The position numbers and the translations under genes are program-made. Of a stretch of DNA of 64,000 nucleotides, positions 56,816 through 64,000 are shown piece by piece (within the stretch, counting starts at the first letter, position 1; the number at the start of each line of letters is the position of its first letter). The notes beneath the pieces were generated by a model. It saw only the letters and a program-made list of their open reading frames with translations. It was not told the origin of the DNA and ran no database searches. The DNA is from Candidatus Latescibacterota bacterium (GTDB lineage Bacteria; Latescibacterota; UBA2968; UBA8231). The DNA is taken from contig OZ242318.1 of the NCBI GenBank assembly GCA_965208105.1, positions 1,920,001 through 1,984,000 of the forward strand, written 5' to 3'.

Positions 56816-58639
56816 ATGAGCGCTGAACCCGCAGCCATGGACTGGGACCTGACGAGTTATTTCGCCGAGTTCGACGGCCCCGACATGCGGCAATTCAAGG
56901 ACGAACTACAAAAGGATCTTGCGGCGGCACGCGAGCAGGCCGCCGCCCTGGCGCCGCTTTCCGAGGACAACGCCGGCGCCTGGGAGACCGTATTCCTCCT
57001 GACCGAGGGCCTGACCGACCGCCTCTCCCACCTGGGTTCCTACCTGGGGTGCCTGACCGCAGCGGACGCCCGCAACGAGGACTACGCCCGCGAGGAGGCC
57101 GCCTTTGCCCTGCTGGCGTCCGAGGCCGAGAAGCTCGATGTCGAACTCCTGCGGGCGCTGAAGGAGGCGGCGGACGACGTTTTTTCCGGGTTCGCCCGGC
57201 GGCCGGCCCTGGCCGACTGCGCCCACTTCCTCCGGCGCCAGCGCGAGGACGCTCAGCACACCATGAGCCCGGAGAAGGAGGTGCTCTCAGCCGACCTCGG
57301 CGTCGACGGCCTCCACGCCTGGGGCCGCCTCTACGACTCGGTCTCCGGCAAGCTCGAGTTCGACATGGCCTTTCCCGACGGCCGCACCGAGCGCCGCCCC
57401 ATGTCGCAGCGCCGCGCCCTGATGGAAGACCCCGACCGACGGGTCCGCCAGGCCGCCTTCGAAGGGGGTAACCGGGCCTGGGAGAGCATGGAGGACGTCG
57501 CCGCCGCCGCCCTCAACGCCATCTCGGGGACGCGCCTGACCCTCAACCGCCACCGCGGCGTGGACCACTTCCTCGACATCGCCCTCTTCCAGGCGTCCAT
57601 TTCGCCCGGGACCCTCGAGGCGATGTTCGCCGCCATCGCCGAGGAGATCGAGCTGCCGCGGCGAATCCTCGCCCTCAAGGCGCAGCTCATGGGCACCGAG
57701 GGCGTGGCCTGGTACGATCTGGGGGCGCCGCTGCCCCTTCCCGGCCAGGGGGGGCTCTCCTGGGAAGAGGGAAGGGACCTGGTCGCGCGCTCCTTCGCCG
57801 CGGCCTACCCGCGCCTGGGCGAGTTCCTCGGCCAGGTCTGCGATCACCGCTGGATCGATCACGCCCCACGCCCGGGCAAGCGGCCCGGAGCCTTCTGCAC
57901 CGGCTCGCTGTTGACCCGCGAGTCCCGCGTCTACATGACCTACAACGACACCCTCGGCGACGTGCTCACCCTCGCCCACGAGGTCGGCCACGCCTTCCAC
58001 AGCCGCATCATGCGCGACGTGCGCACCTACGCCCACTTCTACCCCATGACCCTGGCCGAATCGGCTTCCACCTTCGGCGAGATGATCCTCACCGAGGGCA
58101 TCCTCGCCGATCCTTCCTTCAGCCCCGCCCAGAAGGCCGCCGCCCTCGACCAGGAGATCGGCCACGGCGCGGTCTTCCTTCTGGACATACCCGTGCGCTA
58201 TCGGTTCGAGAAGAAGCTCTACGAGGAGCGCGCCAACGGCGAACTCACGGTCACCAGGCTCAAGGAGCTGATGGCCGGGACCCAGCGCGAAGTCTTCGGC
58301 GGCGCGCTCGCGAAGGGAGGAGAAGACCCCTACTTCTGGGCCTCGAAACTCCATTTCTACATCACCGGCGTCACCTTCTACAACTTTCCTTACACCTTCG
58401 GCTTTCTGCTCAGCCGCGGCCTGTATTCCATGTTCAAGCAGGAAGGGGCCGGCTTCCTTCCCCGCTACGAGGAATTCCTCCGCCTCACCGGCAGCGACAG
58501 CGCCGAGGGGGTGGTGCGCCGGGCGCTGGACCGCGATCTCGAAGACATCGGGTTCTGGACCGAGGCCATCCGCACCCTGGAGTCCCCCCTGGCCGAGCTG
58601 GAGAAATTGCTGCCCGGGGTGCTGTCCGTGCGGCCCTAG
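56816..58639 (+). CDS. pepF: Oligoendopeptidase F (M3B)
   Basis: WDL start, GKRPGAFC, TLAHEVGHAFH, LAESASTFGE and FYNFPYTFG. Confidence 0.92.
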   Translation: MSAEPAAMDWDLTSYFAEFDGPDMRQFKDELQKDLAAAREQAAALAPLSEDNAGAWETVFLLTEGLTDRLSHLGSYLGCLTAADARNEDYAREEAAFALLASEAEKLDVELLRALKEAADDVFSGFARRPALADCAHFLRRQREDAQHTMSPEKEVLSADLGVDGLHAWGRLYDSVSGKLEFDMAFPDGRTERRPMSQRRALMEDPDRRVRQAAFEGGNRAWESMEDVAAAALNAISGTRLTLNRHRGVDHFLDIALFQASISPGTLEAMFAAIAEEIELPRRILALKAQLMGTEGVAWYDLGAPLPLPGQGGLSWEEGRDLVARSFAAAYPRLGEFLGQVCDHRWIDHAPRPGKRPGAFCTGSLLTRESRVYMTYNDTLGDVLTLAHEVGHAFHSRIMRDVRTYAHFYPMTLAESASTFGEMILTEGILADPSFSPAQKAAALDQEIGHGAVFLLDIPVRYRFEKKLYEERANGELTVTRLKELMAGTQREVFGGALAKGGEDPYFWASKLHFYITGVTFYNFPYTFGFLLSRGLYSMFKQEGAGFLPRYEEFLRLTGSDSAEGVVRRALDRDLEDIGFWTEAIRTLESPLAELEKLLPGVLSVRP

Positions 58640-58660
58640 CGCACCCCTCCATCGCAATCA

Positions 58661-58957
58661 CTACGTCGAGGCAGCGGCTTTGAAGTCCTCAACCTCGATT
58701 TCCTTCGCTCGATCCCGCGCCTGCCAGAGATCATAGGCCGTCTGCATACCAAGCCATGTCTCCGGCGTGGAGCCGAACGCCTGGGACAGGCGAAAGGACA
58801 TCTCTACAGATACGCCTGCCTTCTCATTCACCAGGTCCGACAACGCCTGGCGAGTCACTCCCAGCCCTTGCGCCGCCCGCGTTACGGTCAGCCCCAGCGG
58901 TTCGAGGCACTCGTACCTTACGATCTCGCCAGGATGGGGAGGGTTGTGCATACCCAT
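58661..58957 (-). CDS. higA: HigA antitoxin
   Basis: MGMHNPPHPGEIV..LGVTRQALSDLVN..WLGMQTAYDLW; GGAGG SD. Confidence 0.93.
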   Translation of the reverse strand: MGMHNPPHPGEIVRYECLEPLGLTVTRAAQGLGVTRQALSDLVNEKAGVSVEMSFRLSQAFGSTPETWLGMQTAYDLWQARDRAKEIEVEDFKAAAST

Positions 58958-58970
58958 TAGTCCCACCTCC

Positions 58971-59249
58971 TCAGTGGTAATTCGTGTAATCGACGTCAAC
59001 TGCATGTCCATCCTCGAATCTAAAGGTCACCAGCCAGTTTCCCGACACGGAGACGGCGTAGTAACCACGAAGCTGACCCGCCAGTGGATGCAGTTGAAAC
59101 CCGGGCAGATTCATGTCCTGAGGCGCGCTGCTACGATCAAGCACCGCGAGGATGCGCATCAGCTTGCGCACATGCTCCGGAGCCACTCGCCGTGCATCAC
59201 GGCCGCCGTAGAGTGCCCTCAGACCCCGATGCTTGAACGATAGAATCAC
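58971..59249 (-). CDS. higB: HigB (RelE-type) toxin
   Basis: MILSFKHRGL..LHPLAG..AVSVSGNWLVTFRF..VDYTNYH; lies upstream of the antitoxin. Confidence 0.93.
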   Translation of the reverse strand: MILSFKHRGLRALYGGRDARRVAPEHVRKLMRILAVLDRSSAPQDMNLPGFQLHPLAGQLRGYYAVSVSGNWLVTFRFEDGHAVDVDYTNYH

Positions 59250-59255
59250 CGCAGT

Positions 59256-59291
59256 ATCCTATAGTGTAGCCTGTCGCCTGTCAATAGACAG
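59256..59291 (-). promoter_or_regulatory. higBA sigma70 promoter with overlapping palindrome
   Basis: Minus strand TTGACA (59284-59279), 17 nt, TAGGAT (59261-59256), 6 nt, then the GTG start. CTGTC-AATA-GACAG (59278-59291) overlaps the -35. Confidence 0.72.
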
Positions 59292-59474
59292 CCGCACTTC
59301 GGCGGTGAGCGCCGCGCTCTCACACCGAGGAGCAGTTGGCGGCCGCAACCCTTTGGAGTTAGCCGGTCGCGGCGCGATCCAAATCGGCAGTCCATGAGAA
59401 CCGTATTTTTTGTGTATATTGGCAGACAAAGAACGACTCATCGAGTTACGGTCTCCGCAGCCGAAAGGAAATCG

Positions 59475-60230
59475 ATGTTGCGCTTTTCCCTGGTCTTTCT
59501 CTTCTGCACCGGCCTCGCCCACGCCGGCGACAATCCCCCTGCCCCCGGATTCGACGCCGCCGGTTCCGACCCCGAGGCCATCTCCCTGGCCGACGAGGTC
59601 ATGGCCGCGATGGGCGGCCGGGCCCACTGGGAGGCAACCCGCTACGTCACCTGGCGCTTTTTCGGGTTCCGCCTGCACGTGTGGGACAGGTGGACGGGGG
59701 ACATTCGCTTCGAGCAAGGCGATCTGACCGTGCTGATGAACATCCACAGCAAGAAGGGCAGGGCCTTCTCCGCCGGTGTGGAAATCAGCGACCCCGACAC
59801 TCTCGCGGCCAGGCTGGACCACGGCTACCGCGCCTGGATCAACGACTCCTACTGGCTGGTCATGCCCTACAAGCTCAAGGACACCGGGGTCACCCTGCGC
59901 TACCGGGGAGCGGAAACCACCGGGGACGGCCGCCCTGCCGATGTGCTGGAACTCACCTTCAAGGACGTGGGCGTCACTCCGCAGAACAAGTACGCGGTCT
60001 GGATCGACCGGGAATCGCGGCTGGTGACCCAGTGGGCGTTCTACCGCGAGGCCGCCGACGCCGAGCCGGCCTTTACCGGCCCCTGGACCAACTGGCAGCC
60101 CCACGGATCCATCCTGCTATCCGACGGCCGCGGCGAGCGCCGGCACACGGACGTGGCGGTCTTCGACGAACTGCCGCGCCCGGTGTTCATGAGTCCAGCT
60201 CCCGCTGCCCTTCCCTTGCCCGGCGAGTAG
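59475..60230 (+). CDS. Secreted hypothetical protein
   Basis: GAAAGGA SD, signal peptide (…GLAHA|GD), W-rich conserved-looking body (WINDSYWLVMPYKLKD). Confidence 0.75.
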   Translation: MLRFSLVFLFCTGLAHAGDNPPAPGFDAAGSDPEAISLADEVMAAMGGRAHWEATRYVTWRFFGFRLHVWDRWTGDIRFEQGDLTVLMNIHSKKGRAFSAGVEISDPDTLAARLDHGYRAWINDSYWLVMPYKLKDTGVTLRYRGAETTGDGRPADVLELTFKDVGVTPQNKYAVWIDRESRLVTQWAFYREAADAEPAFTGPWTNWQPHGSILLSDGRGERRHTDVAVFDELPRPVFMSPAPAALPLPGE

Positions 60231-60384
60231 AGGACACTGATTTGAACCCCTCACCGTACGCGGTGCAGTCGATGGACCTGCCAACCACCACGGAGATTGC
60301 CCTTCCCCTTCGGCAGTCCGGGGTCCAGCGCGAGGACCCTGGAGGTGCCTGACCATTCATACTGTTCGCAGAGGTAATTGTCCC

Positions 60385-60999
60385 ATGCCCTACATAAACA
60401 TCGTTCCCCTGGAGCGGGCAACCGGCCTGCTCAAGAAGCAGTACGAAGCCGCCCGCGCCCGGGCCGGTCGCGTCTGGGGCATCGTCTCCGCAATGAGCCC
60501 CAACCCCGGGGCCCTGAAGACCTCGATAGATTTCTACAAGGCCCTCATGTTCGGTCCTTCGCCCCTGAGCCGGGGCCGGCGCGAAATGCTGGCCGTGGTC
60601 GTTTCGGCGGCAAACCACTGCGTCTACTGAATACGCGCCCACGCCCACGACCTCCGGGCCGAGGTCGCCAGCGATTTTGCCGTCGAGGAAGGGCCTGAGG
60701 CCGACCGCCTGGTGCAGCAGTTGTCCGCGAACTGGCGCCGGGCCGACCTGTCCCCGGCCGACGGCGCCCTCTGCGCATTTGCCGATAAACTCACCCGGCG
60801 GCCTCAGGACTCGACCGCCTGGGACGTCGAGCGCTTGCGCCGGCACGGCTTCGACGACCGCGGCATCCACGACGCGGTCCAGGTCATCGGCTATTTCAAC
60901 TATATCAACCGCGTGGCGGACGCCCTGGGCGTCGAGCCTGAATCCTTCGTGCGGCCCTGGGAGAGATCCGCGGCCGCACCCGACCAGCCCAATAGTTGA
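60385..60999 (+). CDS. AhpD/carboxymuconolactone-decarboxylase-like peroxidase, selenoprotein (CxxU)
   Basis: ORFs 60385-60630 and 60712-60999 share a frame. TGA 60628-60630 sits at the second Cys of REMLAVVVSAANHCVY-U-IRAH. The downstream part has AFADKLT and FNYINRVADALGV of the same family. 204 aa. Confidence 0.9.
60648..60667 (+). promoter_or_regulatory. Candidate SECIS hairpin of the AhpD-like gene
   Basis: CGACCTC-CGGGCC-GAGGTCG; the loop starts 24 nt after the TGA. Confidence 0.75.
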
Positions 61000-61047
61000 A
61001 GCAACCTGCAATGGACCTGGTTCGGCCAGTATCCGTTATTTGCAATC

Positions 61048-62028
61048 ATGCCCCAGATCGTCGTTGAAGACCTGGTAAAGACCTACCGCATCGCCGAGCG
61101 CCGTCCCGGCATCTGGGGCGCCTTGCGCGGCCTCGCGCAGCGCTCGCACCGCACGATCCGGGCGCTGGACGGCATCTCCTTCTCGCTGGAGGCCGGCGAG
61201 CTGGTCGGCTATATCGGCCCCAACGGCGCCGGCAAGTCCACCACCGTCAAGATTCTCTCCGGCATCGTCGTCCCCGATTCCGGCCGCTGCGAGATCCAGG
61301 GCCGCGTCCCCTGGTCGGACCGCATCGGCCACGTCAGCCGCATCGGGGTGGTCTTCGGCCAGCGCACGCAACTGTGGTGGGACCTGCCGGCCATCGAGTC
61401 CTTCGATCTGCTGCGCGACATCTACAAAATTCCTGCCGATGCCTACCGCCGCCGGCGCGACGTCCTCATCGACATGCTGGAACTTTCTTCCTTTCTCGAC
61501 GTGCCCGTGCGCCAGCTCAGCCTGGGCCAGCGCATGCGCTGCGACCTGGCGGCGGCCCTGCTCCACGGCCCCGGCCTGCTCTTCCTGGACGAGCCCACCA
61601 TAGGCCTCGACGCCGTTGCCAAGCTGGCGATGCGCGACTTCATCAAGGATCTCAACCGCCGGGAGGGAACAACCGCCATCCTGACCACCCACGACATGGA
61701 CGATATCGAGGCCCTGTGCGACCGGGTCATGGTCATCGGCGACGGCGCCATCCTCTCCGACGGCAGCCTCGCCGACTTGCGCGCCCGCGTTTCGACCGAG
61801 CGCCGCCTCATCGTCGACCTGGTAGATGCCGCCGCGACCATAGAAGAGGAAGCCGCCCGCGTCGTGCAGCGCGACGGCCACCGGGTGCATCTCAGCTTTG
61901 CGCCCGAGCGCATCTCGGCCCCGGCCCTCATCAGCCGCATCACCGCGCGCCACGAGGTGCGCGACCTCATCGTTGAAAACCCACCCATCGAGGAGGTCAT
62001 CGCCCAGCTCTACCGGAGCCGCAGCTGA
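61048..62028 (+). CDS. ABC-2 type transporter ATP-binding subunit
   Basis: [29 protein letters not shown] and [10 protein letters not shown]. Confidence 0.92.
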   Translation: MPQIVVEDLVKTYRIAERRPGIWGALRGLAQRSHRTIRALDGISFSLEAGELVGYIGPNGAGKSTTVKILSGIVVPDSGRCEIQGRVPWSDRIGHVSRIGVVFGQRTQLWWDLPAIESFDLLRDIYKIPADAYRRRRDVLIDMLELSSFLDVPVRQLSLGQRMRCDLAAALLHGPGLLFLDEPTIGLDAVAKLAMRDFIKDLNRREGTTAILTTHDMDDIEALCDRVMVIGDGAILSDGSLADLRARVSTERRLIVDLVDAAATIEEEAARVVQRDGHRVHLSFAPERISAPALISRITARHEVRDLIVENPPIEEVIAQLYRSRS

Positions 62029-62819
62029 TGCGGCCCTACCTGGCCGTCCTCAGCGCCCGCATCCGCATGTTGCTGCAGTACCGGGCGGCGGCCCTGGCAG
62101 GCATGACCACGCAGTTGTTCTGGGGACTGATCCGGGTGATGATCTTCGAAGCGTTCTACCGCACGGCGCTGGAGCAGCAGCCCATGACATACGCCGAGGT
62201 GGTCAACTACGTCTGGCTCGGCCAGGCCCTGTTGGCCCTGCTGCCCTTGTTGCCCGACGACGACGTGCGCACCATGGTGCGCACGGGCACGGTGGCCTAC
62301 GAACTGGCGCGGCCGGTAGACCTCTACGCCTTCTGGTACAGCCGCGCCCTCGCCAACCGCATCGCCCCCACCCTGCTGCGCTCGGTGCCTTTGTTCTGCC
62401 TGGCCTTCCTCTTCTTCGGCCTGCAGGCCCCCGCCTCGCCGGCCGCGGCCGCGGCCTGGGCCCTGGCCATGGTGGGCGCCGTCCTTCTGGCCGGGGCCCT
62501 GTCCAACCTGGTCAACGTCACCTTGTTGTGGACCATCGCCGGAGAGGGCTCCTCGCAGATCCTGACGGTGTGCGTCCTCGTCTTTTCGGGCATGATAGTC
62601 CCCCTGCCCCTGTTCCCCGACGCGCTTCAGCCCCTGCTCGACTTCCTGCCCTTCCGCGGCCTGGCCGACACCCCGTACCGCCTCTACATGGGGCACATCC
62701 CCGCATCCCAGGTGTGGTCGGTGGTGGGCCATCAGCTCGCCTGGACCTTGACCCTGGTGGGGCTGGGCCGCTTTCTCCTCCACCGCGGCACCCGCCGCCT
62801 GGTCGTCCAGGGAGGCTGA
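62028..62819 (+). CDS. ABC-2 type permease (DUF990-like)
   Basis: LQYR start, GTVAYELARP, SGMIVPL and VVQGG end; hydrophobic. Confidence 0.88.
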   Translation: MRPYLAVLSARIRMLLQYRAAALAGMTTQLFWGLIRVMIFEAFYRTALEQQPMTYAEVVNYVWLGQALLALLPLLPDDDVRTMVRTGTVAYELARPVDLYAFWYSRALANRIAPTLLRSVPLFCLAFLFFGLQAPASPAAAAAWALAMVGAVLLAGALSNLVNVTLLWTIAGEGSSQILTVCVLVFSGMIVPLPLFPDALQPLLDFLPFRGLADTPYRLYMGHIPASQVWSVVGHQLAWTLTLVGLGRFLLHRGTRRLVVQGG

Positions 62820-62823
62820 AACC

Positions 62824-63627
62824 GTGCTCGACGGACTGCGCCTCTACGGCCGCTATATCGGCATTTCCTTCCGCAGCCAGATGCAGTACCGGGCCTCCTT
62901 CATCATGCTTTCACTGGGCCAGGGGGCGATGACCGGCCTGCAATTCCTCGGCATCTGGGTGCTCTTCGACCGCTTCGCCGCACTCGACACTTGGAGTCTG
63001 CCCGAGGTGGCCTTCTTCTATGGCCTGATCAATATCGCCTTCGCCCTGTGCGACGCCTTCTCGCGCGGCTTCGATTTCTTCGCCTCCATGGTAAAAAACG
63101 GCGACTTCGATCGCCTGCTGCTGCGCCCGCGCAGCACCGCCCTGCAGCTTGCCGGACAGGAACTCACCCTCAAGCGCGTCGGCGCCTTCGCCCAGGGCCT
63201 GGTCGTCCTGCTGTGGGCTTCGCATGCCCTGGAGCTGGTCTGGACACCTGACAAGGTGTTCCTCGCCCTGCTCACCATCATCGGCGGCGCCTGCCTGTTC
63301 TACGGCCTCATGGTCCTGCAGGCGACCCTGGCATTCTGGACCACCGAGACCCTGGAAATCGTCAACACCGTCACCTACGGCGGGCGGGAGACGGCCCAGT
63401 ACCCGTTGGCCATCTACCGCGGGTGGTTCCGCCGCTTCTTCACCTACGTCATACCCCTCGCCTGCGTCGGCTACTATCCCGCCCTGGGAATCCTGGAGCG
63501 CCCCGACCCCCTGGGTTCAGGACCGTGGTTCCAGTGGCTGTCCCCGGTCGTGGGCGTACTCTTCTTCGTGGTCTGTCTGCAGGTCTGGCAGGTGGGGGTG
63601 CGGCACTACCGCTCTACGGGAAGCTGA
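62824..63627 (+). CDS. ABC-2 type permease (DUF990-like)
   Basis: QMQYR, GDFDRLLLRP, QYPLAIY and YRSTGS end. Confidence 0.88.
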   Translation: MLDGLRLYGRYIGISFRSQMQYRASFIMLSLGQGAMTGLQFLGIWVLFDRFAALDTWSLPEVAFFYGLINIAFALCDAFSRGFDFFASMVKNGDFDRLLLRPRSTALQLAGQELTLKRVGAFAQGLVVLLWASHALELVWTPDKVFLALLTIIGGACLFYGLMVLQATLAFWTTETLEIVNTVTYGGRETAQYPLAIYRGWFRRFFTYVIPLACVGYYPALGILERPDPLGSGPWFQWLSPVVGVLFFVVCLQVWQVGVRHYRSTGS

Positions 63628-63732
63628 GTTCGTCGATGCGGCGGAGGCGGGCAGCCTGCCCCGTCGGTGGGATGGGCGACGGGGCTGCCTCTACCGAGGG
63701 GCAGCTCTTAGGATGGAGAAAGGTCCCTCGCC

Positions 63733-64000
63733 TCACTCGAACAAGGCGGCGTATTCGCCGTAGCCTTCCCTGGAAAGGTCATCGGCGGGGATGAAGCGCA
63801 GGGCAGCCGAGTTGATGCAGTAGCGCAGCCCGGTGGGTGGCGGTCCGTCGGCGAAGACGTGCCCCAGGTGCGAGTCGCCGTACTTGCTGCGCACCTCGGT
63901 GCGGGTCATGAACAGCGACCTGTCGGTGTGCTCGACGATGTGGTCCGGCACCAGGGGCCGGGTGAAGCTCGGCCAGCCGGTGCCCGATCTGAACTTGTCG
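63733..64000 (-). CDS. msrB: Peptide-methionine (R)-S-oxide reductase MsrB (3' part; start beyond window)
   Basis: [25 protein letters not shown] and RYCINSAAL. Confidence 0.93.
   Translation of the reverse strand, partial: DKFRSGTGWPSFTRPLVPDHIVEHTDRSLFMTRTEVRSKYGDSHLGHVFADGPPPTGLRYCINSAALRFIPADDLSREGYGEYAALFE

Noticed and set aside
63733-64000. MsrB as a possible selenoprotein
   Set aside because: The catalytic position is Cys (RYCINS), and the visible part has no in-frame TGA.
1-64000. tRNA-Sec, other tRNA/rRNA genes, CRISPR arrays, integrases and transposases
   Set aside because: None was recognised by eye in the intergenic regions or ORFs; a covariance-model scan is needed to exclude small RNAs.

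Overview
A GC-rich bacterial chromosomal window with about 48 protein-coding genes. No rRNA, tRNA, CRISPR array or transposase was recognised. The gene mix (four paralogous glycoside-hydrolase-like propeller proteins, three PhyH dioxygenases, two DUF6785-like membrane proteins, a secreted FlgD-Ig/'YPNPFNP' protein) suggests an FCB-group lineage such as Ca. Latescibacterota; this is inference. Housekeeping genes include selB, a Sua5/YciO gene, sppA, thpR, sucA-sucB-lpdA, creD, pepF, a partial msrB, ABC transporters and a higBA pair. The main signal is selenocysteine recoding. selB is present, and two genes that the ORF track splits read through in-frame TGA codons followed by similar SECIS-like hairpins (CTC-CGGG..-GAG). 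One is an AhpD-like peroxidase with CVYU (a known selenoprotein type). The other is a signal-peptide-bearing, beta-rich protein of no recognisable family with two TGAs in a UVGU (UxxU) motif, directly upstream of an exported YHS-thioredoxin (TlpA) gene. This pair is a candidate undescribed extracytoplasmic diselenide redox or metal system. Other observations: two 1-2-3-4 attenuator-like leaders (ABC-F gene; MFS/methyltransferase operon), a 36-bp CTAG-bounded palindrome repeated around a 3.5-kb segment, a PhyH paralogue with a halogenase-like HxG motif, and a probably leaderless higBA transcript.
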